From assembly GCA_047495785.1 (NCBI GenBank), contig JBLDXI010000045.1, positions 372,001 to 436,000 of the forward strand: 64,000 bases of DNA, read 5' to 3'. A program made the translations under genes and the position numbers. This stretch comes from Lepidodermella squamata (Eukaryota > Animalia > Gastrotricha). Under the pieces are notes generated by a model that worked only from the letters and a program-made list of their open reading frames with translations, ran no database searches and had not been told where the DNA came from. Below, one piece after another: positions 51,755 to 64,000 of this stretch. How positions within the stretch are numbered: position 1 is the first letter of the stretch; every line of letters starts with the position of its first letter.

Positions 51755-54284
51755 TTTATAGCTGTTATAAAATTTGTAAATAAATCGCGACAGCCGAAAA
51801 TGGCTCACGCGATTTCGAGGGTTTCATTATTTCTTCTAATGAGAATAAAAGTATTTTTTCTATATAAAATATGTAGTATTTGGACTCAAATTCCCAGACG
51901 ATGTAACTTATATCGAGACTCAAGTTCCTTTGTCTCAGATTGTCGATATAAAAAAACGGAGCTATTATGCAGTTGCTACTCAAGGGTCATTTTCTTAGTT
52001 TTGCGCGATGACACTTCTGCTTAAACAATTACGCGCGCTTCCTCAATTTCGCCCACTTTCAGGACGAAGCTACAATTTTTATGAAGAAATTCTCACGAGA
52101 CGAGATATCAGCGCTCACCTGGCAGCGCTACACGTGAATGAATGAGAAATTATCGCAAAACGTCACTGCCCTTATTTAACGATTTTCAAGCTATAAAATA
52201 CGCGAAAACTTGTCATATAATCTATGCCTGAGTGAAAAAAAACGAATCCCAATAGAGATGCCTATTTACCATTTCGAACATATGAGTATTACAGACCAGG
52301 GCGTTTATAGTGAGTGAAGGCGGGGAAAATCAGCTAATGAATGAAAAATATATCCCTAAGCAGGGGACAGACACTACAATATTTTAGGCGCGCGTTAAGC
52401 TTTTTGTATCTATCAAATAATATTCAATTTCAAAGGTCCAAGTGGCGCGTGAATTTTCCGGCTCAAACTATATAGGTGGGGACTATACGATCTATTCGTC
52501 CCATATAGTGCGCCACTTTCAAATTGGATGAATGAAGGATGAAGGAAAGCGAGCCAAATAAGTGTGCAATAAGCTAATAATAGTAATATAATATAGAAAT
52601 ATTCTATTATTTTTTGAGTGGGAATGATTTATTATATTGGGGGTGCATAAAAAACTAGCGATTGCTCTAATCAACTCGATTGGGTCAATAAAATTATTAT
52701 GATAATATTATAGCCAAACAGAAATAACAGGAAAAGCGGCAATATAAGGCGATGACGTGAAATTGGGCAGTTTTTTCAACTAAAATTCCTCGTCCCGCTT
52801 TGCTCTCACTCTGAGCGTCCTTACTGCGCAGTTTTAAATGGTCAGTATGGCAAATAGGACGATTTTTTTCTGCAAATATTGCTCATAATATAAATCGCCG
52901 CAGAGGAAATGAGGTGAAACGAAACCTGGCGGCTAGCCTATAGTCGGCGGGTCAATTAGACAAATTGGACAGCTGAACAAGAAAATACTCATGGCCGAAT
53001 CTTGAGAACATTTGAATCAACTTAGAGCGAAAAAAATTGAGCAATCTAGGAGGTAAATTTGCCGGAAATAATTAGAAGACGATAAAGCGGAAAATGTGTC
53101 AGCCAAGATGTGTCATCGCGAAAAAATCGAAAAAGTGGTTTATATAAAGTTTTTTTGAAGAATAATCGCGTATTAAAACAGGCTGCATATAATATTTTGC
53201 AGGGATATATTACGAGGATGCGGGCGTTCCGCATGCTCTACTGATTACACCCGAAAATGGGCGCCGCTATGTAGGTTTCGATAAAATGCGTAAGGCAGTC
53301 GAAACTAAGTGATAATATTATTATTTTCAGAATATGCAATAATATAATAATTTATTCTTCTATTTATGAGCGGGATTTTCCAAGACGGAGAATGGGGTGA
53401 TTTTTTTCTGCGAAAATCTATGCACCATCACTGCTGCAGTAAGTAACTACAGTCGTGTAAGCAGTTATGAGAATAAAATGGCTCATCATCTTTTTATACA
53501 GGTAGGTAAATTTTATTGTACGCACAAGCCGAATAAATAAATAAGTGCACGTTGGCTCCGGAAAAAAGCAACCAAGAAATTTTTGGGATTTTTTGCTAAT
53601 GTTCTCAGATTGCCCCACTACAGTTAGAGCACACGAGATGATATATATGGCCGGAGTTGTGCGGCCAAACTATCATTCATCGCTGAGGCAAGAATAGCCG
53701 CGGCGATGAGCAGAACCATAAACATTATCCACATATTACACTTATTGCAAGTTGCAATGAATCGGCGTACGATGATGGGCAGAAGGGCGGAAACTTTTTT
53801 CGACCGCTCGCAGTGTGCGCATCTCGGCAATAATCGCCGCTAAAAAATCACATGCTTCCATCGTATTTTGGCCTATTCACTGTGGGTAAATACAAACAAA
53901 AGCGAAATCAAGTGCTGCTCTTTTGCGAAGAAAAATTCACCGCAAGAAATGATGATGTACCTAATCGTCAGCTTGAGTGATGGATACACAGTGTCCTTTA
54001 ATTAGGCTGATTTTTGCTAAGTGCACCAAGTTTCGATGCGATTACTCACGTGTGTGTTGATTCCAACAGAGCGCGATACTTAGACTAATTACGCGTAACG
54101 CCACGTAAACAGCTTCGTCACATAATTTGCTATCCATTATCCATTATATTTTTTTTACTTTTATTTGATTGATCACTTTTCAATTTCTTCTTGAGAAACA
54201 TTTTTCCTTCATAACGAAGATGAAAACACGCGAGCAGAAAAACAAAATCTTCTAGCTTTTTTTCTAGTGTCTTGATTGATTATA

Positions 54285-56514
54285 TCAACGAGGCGGGAGC
54301 AGTGACGGAATCGATGAGAAGCCAGGCGGGCGTGGTCCGCTGCCCGACGGTGTCCGGTTAAGGCCGTTCGGCGGCACCGCCATGCCCGGAGTGTGAGGAG
54401 GTTGGCCAGGGAAAGTTGGCGATGAAAACATGGGTTGGCGGATAGGGGGCGGGGGGACGTTCATCGGCAATCCGAACGGCGGCATGGGTGGCGGGCGGGG
54501 TTGTAGGCTCTGCACATTCGCGACCAGGTTATCAAAAGGGTTCGATCCCGGCACAGGTGGTCGCACCGCATTGAAGGCCGCGGCTGCTGCATACGACGCG
54601 TGATACATACTGAAAATTATATATTCAATTTCATCCTTAAAAAATTGCCAATTTAACTAACCCAGGTGGGGGAGGAGGTGCAGAAGTGGGGATTTCGCCG
54701 TTTCTGAAACCGGGTGGGATTTCGTGAACCGGAGATGATAAATGGGGCTTCATAGTTTGTTGCGGAGTTTGAGACATTCGCGGTCGATTTGCACTACCCG
54801 GGGCAGTTCCCGATCCGTTCGAGTTGCTGCCAGGCGTATTGAGCCGGTTGTTATTGCTTTGGAAAGACGATTTCGAAGCAGAGCGGTCGCGGCTGTGGGC
54901 ACGGTGCATCCCTGGCTGAGCTGGTAGACGGTGGTCCAAGCCATTCTTCTGATATGACAGGCGCCTGACCGGCTGCTGGTCGCCAGGGGGTGGCGAGGGT
55001 GACCGCGAATCGTTGCCACTGTTGAATGGCGGATACGTCGGAGGAATGGTCGGCTGGGTCGGAATTCCAGCGCCATTCCCGCTTGATCCAAGCGCGGGAA
55101 TGGGCTGGCCGCCGAACCCGGAATGATTATGGTGGAAATCAGGCGACATACCACTGCGAGGTCTGGAGCCCCGTTGCGAGGCTGTGTGAACTGGTATAGT
55201 TGATATTGCACCACCCGACATCGGCGGTGGGGGCGGAGGAGGGCTGAAATTGGAACAGACGTGAAAGCACTGAGTTGAATAAGACGAAACCAAGTATCCG
55301 ACTTACGGAGGCGGAGCACCTGGGGGTGGGGGAGGTGGATGAGAGAGGTTTGGCATTGGGTAGTTTGCCACATTCGCGCTTTCTTCAGATTTTATCCGTT
55401 TCGACGCAACGTCTTGAGGAGTTGAAGGATGACCCGAGGCTTTCCGCTTATCGCTTTGAGCAGGAGGTGCGGACGTGCTAGGACCTGGACCGGGCGTTGA
55501 CGATGCCGATGATGAAGACTTCTTTTTCTTCTTCTTCTTATCAGATCCACCAAAATTACCCGATATAAAGTCGAGTTGTTGGTGGCAAATATCTAACCAT
55601 AAAAAAAAATAAAACATGTGTTGTGCTTGATATTTCAGAATACTAACCCTCTAACACGGCTTGACCAAGATCAGCAACAAAAACTTTCCACCATTTTCCA
55701 TCAAAACCAATTGGTGGATTGGATAATTCGATAACAAAACCTTTCTGCATTTTTGCTGCGAGATATATCGAAGCAGCGGCAATAATATCGGCCTCCCATT
55801 GAAGACAAAGTGTTGTACAAAAACTGTCGTTAACCAACGTCCAAGCAGCTTGAGCAACAGGCGCTTTGTATTCTTTCGTTCCCTTGAATTCTTTTAGCAG
55901 CTTCAGGAGAATGGAATATGGATGCTCTACTTGAAGATCAAATTGAATCGTTTTCAAAACCATTCGCTCCATAACAATCAAAGCCTCCTGTAAGCATAAT
56001 AAAATTAGTTAGAAAAATACGTTTTTGTACAAACTCAAACCTTGGGATCTTCACCAAAGACGTTAAATTCCGATTCAGTCTTTTCCTCCGCTAAATATTC
56101 TTTAACGACTTTCAACAGATCTTTGCCCTTCTTCGGGGTTTCCTCGACTTTACCAGCCAAAAACAAACAAGCTGCAGCAACAACCTTGAGATAAAAAAAT
56201 TATGAAAATTACATGAAACAGAAGGCACTAATCGTTTACCCATCGATCGTAGTGTTTGAAGCTTCTAAAGACATAGAAGCGGTGGAAATAAACGGCTCCG
56301 GTAGCCCAAGTTTCATATGGCCTAATAATACATAATTTGTAATGCTGGCGTATTAGTTAGGTAACTTGTCTTACAATTTCATTCGGTGGCCGACGGCAAA
56401 AATAAGACGGACACCCTCCACTCGCAGTTTTGATTCGGCTTCCCAGTCGAAACCATCTTTTGCAGACGGAGAATTCCGGATAAGATCTTTCTTTTCCCAA
56501 TACCAAACTGGCAT
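54285..56514 (-). CDS. CCNK: Cyclin K, ~632 aa; exons 56514-56375, 56321-56240, 56184-56041, 55987-55648, 55592-55307, 55243-54662, 54609-54285
   Basis: [70 protein letters not shown]; long Pro-rich C-terminus. Confidence 0.95.
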
Positions 56515-57516
56515 TTTACGCCATTGATAAAACTCTAATCAAAAGGAATAGGTATTGGATATTGGATATTAATATAGTATAGCCTTGCGAAATTCATACA
56601 GGCTTGAAGCTCAAAGTTCGTGAATTTAAACAAAATTCAACTGGATAAGATATATCATCACTACAATACTCTACGTAGACAAAGTTGAAAAGAAAATATA
56701 AACCGCATTTTCAATAGCAAATAGCATCAAAACGCCATCTATAAAAAATGGCTCCACTGGTTACAAACACGAAGGAGGGAGGCTTGCATGTAACAGTAGC
56801 AGTTGATAGCATTGGTATTAATAATTTAAATAATTAGTTAGTAGGTACAGCAATCATGTTCACCGTGACTAACAAGCGACTTTTAAAAGTCAGCGAATGC
56901 CATCAAACAGAATGAAAGGGTGTATCATTCCGAGGCGGAAAGACAGCTGAAGTAGCTAAAAAACTCGCATACCAATAACACAAGGTGTTCACTAAATAGT
57001 ATCCAGCTTTTAGTTTTTTTTTAGAAAACTTGGCTAACAGTCTCCGACTTCAGACTTTATTGCTGCCTTAGTTCTTCTAAGATTTCAAAGATTTCTAAGA
57101 TTTTCCAAGCTTGAACTATCAATTAAAACGTATAGGAAGGGTGACCTGGAGCCATAAGATAAAATCTGAGCTGAGACTAACAGTTCAACATTACAACGCC
57201 AAACTTTACCTACCATAAATCGATCGTCGATCGGTCCTCTTTCCTCTTTGTCACAAAACTCTGTCGCAAAAAAAAGAAAACCGGTGGCGCGCGGTTTTTG
57301 ATTATTTGAAGAATTTGATGCTCTTTACTTTTCACATTAAGAGACGTTTTTTTGAGTGAATGAATTTTTTTAATAATAATAAATTAAAGGATTCTTAACA
57401 ATATTTTCCTAGTAACGTTGTAGTTACGCTGTAGCCGCTTCAGAGCTGTCGTTTCAGCCGCATGAAACAGACGCCCTAAGTGTTCGTTCTCTATTTCACC
57501 TCACGCTTCACTATCC

Positions 57517-58140
57517 ATGGCTGCAGATGCTTCTCTAAAGGCAAAGCAAACGAAAATTTCGGATGATCTATACAAGAAAACTCATTTCACCCGTCATGAA
57601 GTGGAAGCTCTGGTTGTGATGTACAACAAATTGACTCCGACCAAACTTGACAGAGCCAAATTTCGCGATTTGCTGCACAACACGTTCAACATTACGGATG
57701 ATCTTTTAATGGATAGAATCTTCCGGACATTTGACTCTGATAACGATTCGCTGGTTTCACTTGAAGAGTGGATCATGAATTTATCCATCTTTTTGCGCGG
57801 AACAATGGAGGAAAAATTGCTTTATTGCTTCAAAATTTACGATCTTAATAGTGATGGCTTTATTTCTCGAGAGGAGATGTTTAGCATGCTGAAAAATTGT
57901 ATGCTCAAGCAACCCACAGAGGAAGATCCTGACGAAGGCATTAAAGATTTGGTCGAAATTGTTTTGAAGAAGATGGACTATGATCACGATGGTAAAGCGT
58001 CATTGTCTGATTACAAGAAATGTGTTGAAGCCGAGCCGCTTCTGCTGGAAGCTTTCGGGCCATGCCTACCCGATTCCCGAACAAAGCAGGCATTTTTAGC
58101 CACGTTCTCGGAAAATGCAAATGAGCTGCTGTCTGATTGA
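57517..58140 (+). CDS. EFCAB1: Calaxin (EF-hand calcium-binding protein, outer dynein arm docking), 207 aa, intronless
   Basis: [38 protein letters not shown], three EF hands, [27 protein letters not shown]. Confidence 0.93.
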   Translation: MAADASLKAKQTKISDDLYKKTHFTRHEVEALVVMYNKLTPTKLDRAKFRDLLHNTFNITDDLLMDRIFRTFDSDNDSLVSLEEWIMNLSIFLRGTMEEKLLYCFKIYDLNSDGFISREEMFSMLKNCMLKQPTEEDPDEGIKDLVEIVLKKMDYDHDGKASLSDYKKCVEAEPLLLEAFGPCLPDSRTKQAFLATFSENANELLSD

Positions 58141-58258
58141 CTAATCTAACTGTGATAGTGATAAGTTGTAACCATCACGCACTGATATCAAATTTAGCCC
58201 AACAATATTGATGAATAAACAATACACTCCTAAATTATTATATTTTAGGTTTTAAAAG

Positions 58259-60695
58259 ATGGCTAAGAAGAAGAAGAGTGGAAAGGGAGACAAGAAGAAG
58301 AAGGGGTATGTCAATACATGAATTTCAAAAGATCGACATGACGTTTTCTTTTGTGTTCCTAGAAAGAAGAGCTCTCGCCCATCTGATAAGCTTAATAAGG
58401 CGGCGTCCGCTCTCAAATTGGCCGGAGACACCGCTAAAATATGGCAGCTACGAGTGGAGGAATCGGAACTGGCGAAGACGCAGTACAGAAAACTCGCTGA
58501 AAGTTGGCTTAACAAAAATCAAATCTTGCAGTCTCAAGTAGCACAGGTCGAGCGGGATACGATCGATGTCATTACTTTTCTCAAGCGTAAGGACATCGAA
58601 AAAGACCGCAAGGTATGATATGTGATTTTTTCTGAGATTAAATTTCACCATTCTCAACATTAATTACAGATCGAACTGATGGAGAGGGACTTGAACAGTA
58701 TTCAAATGAGACACAAGGAAGAGGTGGATGTGATGGCGGCCAGTTACAACCAGCGCATTCAGGAACTCGAGGAAACACTAAATAGTAAAAACCGGGAGTT
58801 GGAATGGATCCACAGCGAAATGAAAGCAGTGAAAGAGTTCCGTCGCGAAAAGACCAGAATGCAAAAAGACCTGGAGGAAATTAAAGAGGCTCTAGTTCTT
58901 GCAGAAACTGAATACAAGCGTTCGATGGCGAGAATGGAGCAAAAGTTCGTGGAAGAGAAGGTTCGGCTGCAAACTGAAGCTAATCGCAAAGTCGCTGAAC
59001 TGGCGGAAAAAGCTCATGAAGAGGCCGTGGCAAGTTTGAATGAAGCGGCTCGATCAGTTTTTCGCGAAAATGTGCGTTTAAATGCTGCCCTTACGATTCA
59101 TCGAAACAAAGAACAAAAGTTGGCCACCGATAAGAAAGAGTTAACGGAGACGGCTAAGCTGCTGGAAGGTGAACTCGAAACAGCCACTGCTCTTCTGGAG
59201 AAACAAGAGTCCGTCGAGTCTAAACAAAAAAGACGAATTGAAGAGCTGGAGGCTAAAGTAGTTGTCCTGGAAAGCGGCTTGTTGCGCATGTCGAAAGAAT
59301 TCGAATCCGAAAAGCGAGAACTTATCGAAAGAGCTAAGCTACAAAACGAATCTACGAAAAATGAATTGGTGAAAGCAGAAGCTCTGCTAGATCTGAAAGC
59401 TAAAGAACTGGTGCGAATAAAAAAGCTGGCACGTCAAATTCTCGAACAAAGGACTGAAGTCGAACGATTCATGCTTGACAGTATGGCTTTGGTCAGGTCT
59501 GAAATCGAAGCTCAAAGGCAAGTAGAATTTCGCAGATTGATCTAATCGTTCATTCGACTTTTTTCGTAAATAGGCGACAATATAAGCACGATGCACAAAT
59601 TGCTTATGAACAGCGGATGTCCTTAGCTTTTGCTGGTAGAGCTCCATTTCCCCCAGTTCGAACTTTCAAACCGTCAAATACCAGCACGAACAACGTCTTT
59701 TCCGACTTCGCTGCTGCTGAAACCCTGTGAGTACTTCTTATTTGTTTAGATCATATTTCCAGCAGCAGAAAATACTCCTGCCCAGAGACTTGTTATAGAC
59801 TCGAAGGTATTTAATATGAGAGCGATCAATTGAAATCACTGAAAAGCATGGCTTCAAACGGTGTTTCCACATCATGATATATTTTTTCACCGTTAATTCG
59901 GATTTATTATCATTCCGGAACTAGGAAAGAGCGAATTGTCGCTTACCATCAATGGGATTACGCGGCCAAGTCGAATAAGAACTCAATTTTCGACTTTGAT
60001 CTCGAGTACTTGACTCATTATTTGCATCTTTCAACTCAATGCCACATCTCACTTGTTGGCTTCACAATTTTATTTCTTGCCACAAAACTTCTCAAACCTT
60101 TTTTGTAATGTGAAAATTTCCTCAAGACACATTATACTTTCCTATTTCACAAATAACTCATATGATTTCAAGGCCTAATCTGTTCATTCAATTTTTGCAG
60201 TTTGGCTGAGTCTGGGCAGCCTATCGATATTTCAGAGTTATCTTGGGAACAGCGAGAAAAGGTATTGAGGTACCTATTCGCTCGTATGAACAAAGTTACA
60301 GGCGGCGGCTCAAATTCGAAAGATGATCAAACTTCCGCGCAGTTGAGCAGCGCCCTTGACAGCCCTCACGACTCCGACTTCAGCTACAGCAAATCATCGG
60401 GTCGCCCCTCGAAAAAAGGTGCCAAGCTACCAAAACCGCTGCTCCCAGCTCTCGTTTCTCCTCCCCCTAAATCAAATAGCCAAAGGTGAGAAAATCATCA
60501 AAGATTTGATATAGCTACATTGAAATTTGTTCTAGGCAAAGCAGTGGTAACTCAACAGGCGAACAGCCAGATTCGAAGTCAGTTTTCATCACTCAACAAG
60601 AACCAGATGGTGAAAACGCATTACCACCCATCGGCAAAACATCTCCGCCCTCAATGAACCCATTACCCCAGCAAGCCGTCGAAGCTGCTTGCTAG
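58259..60695 (+). CDS. BBOF1: Basal body orientation factor 1 (CCDC176); exons 58259-58305, 58363-58612, 58670-59517, 59574-59726, 60201-60485, 60536-60695
   Basis: Lys-rich N-terminus, ERDTIDVITFLK, long coiled coil (ARSVFRENVRL, ILEQRTEVERF), DISELSWEQREKVLRYLFARMN, VFITQ. Intron 3 uses a GC donor. Confidence 0.9.
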
Positions 60696-61075
60696 GAGTT
60701 GACATGACCTACCGTCTGTGATCTTCTATTTTTAGTTCTTCGCGCTACCATGATCTCGCCCTATCGATCAAACTCTGTATTTTCCGTTCCATTTTTGCAG
60801 AAAAAAAGTTGTTTTCATCAATAAAAAGCATCGACAATTTATTATATAACATTTCTCGGATTGTTTTTTCTCTGCTAAAATTACCACCACAAATTTTCAC
60901 GAGTCGGTATAATATAAATATTGCCACTCCTAAGCAAAGACGCGGTTCGAAGAAGAAGAAGAAAGAGCCACAGCCTGCGCTAATCAAGTGATTCACAAAT
61001 ATAGGCGTTGTTCACAATTATCATTTGGTTACACATATAAATTATCCGGTTGGTTTTTTTCAGTTTATAATACTT

Positions 61076-63783
61076 TCAAGACGGTTTGCCGAGTAACCGC
61101 CGCGGGTGCTTAGACGAGGAAGAACTGGATGCTGCTGCTGCGGCTGGCTGCAGCTGTTGGACCCTCAACTGGCGCTGTAGGGCTTCTGATTCATCGGCTT
61201 GTTTCACGATTCGTTCGTTCATTGAAGCGAGATGTTCGGCCATAGCGGCTAATTGGCTTTCATAAGACCGCCGAACTGTCTCCAGCTCATCATCGCGTTC
61301 TGCGAGCGATTTCTCGAGGCTGTTTACGCGAATCGATAACTGACGAGCCTGCACAAGCCGGGCGACTAACGCGCGACTCTCCGCCTTCCAAGACGCCGCC
61401 TCGGAATCAGCTCGTTGCGCGTCAGTGCTGACAAGAGAAATTCGCTCTTCAAAGTGCTTACTGACCCATGCGATATCAACGCCGTTAGGGTCCGCGTTCG
61501 AATTTGCAGCATCGGCAAGACCGTCAATCATCGAGTTTTCGCGGGTTCGCGACGAAATATTGGTCATACTGGAAGACGGCGACATGGGTGACGGCGTGGG
61601 CGCGACCGGCTGGGTGCCTGTCACCCTTTGCAACAATTTTTCGTAACGAACTTGCCGCAGCTGCGCTTCGACCATCCATCTTTCTCGTTCCTCCTCCGCG
61701 GTTTTCAACCGTTTTGAAAGACGCTCCGCCCGCTCGGCTAGGGCGGATCGTTCCGACTCGGCTTTGGCAAGAGATGCGTCCAACTCGTTGGCTCGGCTGT
61801 ACGATACTGAGGCCGGTCGGCTGGGAATGCGACTATTGGCTCGAAGGGCGATACTTCGGGCGCTGAAGTGCTGCTTCAGGGTTGCGGCTGAGTTAGTCAG
61901 AGGCGAATCTGTCACATCGGCCGATCGAGCTCGCGTATCCAGCAAGGCGCTTAGAGCGTCTAAGCTAGACGAGGCGGCTGGAAAACGAAAAAAATTAAGA
62001 AACATTATTTATAAATCCTACAACGTTGCACCAATTTGCACATAAAACAGCCTTGCGAGTTCTCAAATTTTATATTAATCCTTGGGGGAAAAAATTAAAA
62101 AAATCGTCCGATTTTGGGTAATCTGAGGGTAAAGAGGGAGCAACGCTTAGAGAATGCCCATGCCAAATTTCATTGAAAATTATTTATAATTTACGATTTA
62201 CGAGGCAGATATGGAGGTACTCCCAAATCCCAATCCGAAATTGTATTACATTTTTCAAAAATGGTTATCGCTTCAATCAAATAAGCTTTAAGCCTTTCGA
62301 AAACTGGTAATACAGAGAATTTAATGCAAAAAAGCCAGAAGTGATAACCCTTATTACGCTAATAGCAAAATGTCTCACAAAGTCAAATGTAAATATTGTG
62401 TACAAACCTGCTAAGGCTTGAAGAGCTGAATCAAGTGGAGGCTTCAATTCGACGCGTCCAACAAAAGCAACAACAAGCGAAGCGTAGTGATCGTGAACGA
62501 GGCCAGACGCCGACGAAGAAAGTTGAGCAAGCCGCAGCCATTCGGAGGCAGCCGATGGTGTTTCATTCATCGATAAAATGCTACCCGCCTCTCGGCTGAG
62601 ACCCACCAGCCGGTCTAGGGTCTCGCAAACACCATGCGATGACGCTTGTAGTGTAGCGTCACTGCTTGCGATAAACTGGCGCAGCGATGCCGCTAAACTT
62701 TCAATTGTCGAAGAGCCCTGCGAAACAATTGCTGAATTCGACAGCCCATTCGGATTCTGTTGCAGCTTTTGCAATGAAGATCGCGCTTGCGATGACGCGG
62801 TATTCAACGCGGGATTGGATATGCCACTTCGTTGGATCAAAGTCAACATAGCCGTTCCGTAGGCACCGAGTGAAAGTAGCAGCGAATCGGTATTCTAGAA
62901 AAATATTTTGTTATTTTTAGGTAGAAAACGAGAAAAGGTAACTTACGGAAGTAAAACTGGCAATGCTTTTGCTTCTTTGGCGGCTAGAAACTGAAGCAGC
63001 GGAGTCGTCATCACAATAGTCCAAATTGAGCCGCATATATTCGGGAGGGCAGAGGGAATCGGCGAGTAGCAAGCTTGAAGAGCCCTGCTCGCCTTTGCCG
63101 TGCTTCATTTGCGATTCTAACGACGCAACTTTCGCCTCAAGCATTGAAATCGTCGAATCTTTATCGCTAGAACTCTGCTGCAATTGCTTTTCTAACGTAG
63201 CAACCCTCATCGACAGTTGATCTCGCTCTTGTTTCAGCCCAGCCGTGGCTTTTTGATGCTTTTGTTCCGCGGATAATAAATCGTTTTCAAGAGCACTCAT
63301 TCTCTTCGCGGTTAAATCAGTCTGCTCTTTCGTCATCGCCTCAATATTTTCCAATCGATTTCTCAAATCAGAATTTTCCTGAATACGCTTCATCAATTCC
63401 TGCTCGACAACGTCATCAGGTTGCCGATGATGATCGTTTGCTTTATTCGACTTCCCCGCCGGTTGTGCCTTGCCGTTGAAGGTCGTCATTTCAGACTGTA
63501 GGACTTCGATTCGTTTTAATAATTGGTCATTTCGAAAACGAAATCCGTCCATCTCTGCCTCGACCCGGCGCAATTCTTGATCCTTTTTACGCCGTTCATC
63601 TTCGGCCTGTTTTGATCGTCGCTGTTCCTCGGCGAGTAATCGCTTCAAATCATTGTTTTGCGCCAAAACTTTGGCAATATCGGTCTTCGAACCGGTCGTT
63701 GAAACACTACGACCATCAGGGGTGACAGCTCCGCCGCCAGAAAAGGACGAATGAATACTTTCTACCTCACCTTGCTCGCTCAT
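61076..63783 (-). CDS. PPP1R21: Protein phosphatase 1 regulatory subunit 21 (KLRAQ1/CCDC128; FERRY subunit), ~741 aa; exons 63783-62947, 62894-62408, 61977-61076
   Basis: N-terminal KVLAQNNDLK....EQ...KDQELRR...EMDGFRFRNDQLLKRIEVLQ and C-terminal DELETVRRSYESQLAAMAEHLASMNE match both conserved ends of PPP1R21. Confidence 0.85.
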
Positions 63784-64000
63784 ATTTAGGTCATTGTTAC
63801 ACTTAATATAATAAAAAATATACCTAAGAAATAGAAAAAGTTATAACACAAGTCTGAAATTTTATAAATAGAGTGGAAAACTCAACAATGATAACTTGAT
63901 GAGCAACGATAATCTCAAGACAATCGAGCTTTTTTAAACCGCTTCGATTTCACAAAATTTGGGTCATCGTAGCATTCTTGAAATAAATCGTCGACAGGTT

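Noticed and set aside
53624-53830. Short hydrophobic ORF (MFMVLLIAAAILASA...) as a secreted peptide
   Set aside because: Very short, with no cleavage motif or supporting exon structure; may be UTR or chance.
1-64000. CRISPR arrays, prokaryotic operons/defence systems, rRNA or tRNA genes
   Set aside because: The window is intron-containing animal DNA. I saw no regularly spaced repeat-spacer array or recognisable structural RNA.

Overview
Eukaryotic (animal) genomic DNA from a compact genome, not a prokaryote. Most introns are ~50-60 nt GT-AG, and motile-cilia genes are present. I assembled 13 protein-coding genes by hand. Minus strand: three paralogous class A (melanocortin/adenosine-receptor-like) orphan GPCRs, Furry (FRY), an unknown Cys-rich type I membrane protein, cyclin K and PPP1R21. 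Plus strand: a tightly packed run of OXSM, NSD histone methyltransferase, THNSL2 and EMC10; a small secreted prepropeptide; and a calaxin + BBOF1 pair. The first ~18.5 kb is full of decayed transposon fragments (Helitron, PIF1 helicase, hAT, LINE, Ginger-like, tyrosine recombinase, MITEs), almost all inside introns of GPCR-C and FRY. The most interesting signals are: (1) operon-like gene runs with 60-300 nt spacers and unpaired splice acceptors, suggesting SL trans-splicing, including a two-gene motile-cilia operon; (2) an unrecognised disulfide-ring prepropeptide next to a single-pass membrane protein and a GPCR family with a novel N-terminal domain and a DN-for-DR motif; (3) tiny uORFs abutting the start codons of several genes. 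Gene names come from my recognition of motifs; no database search was run.
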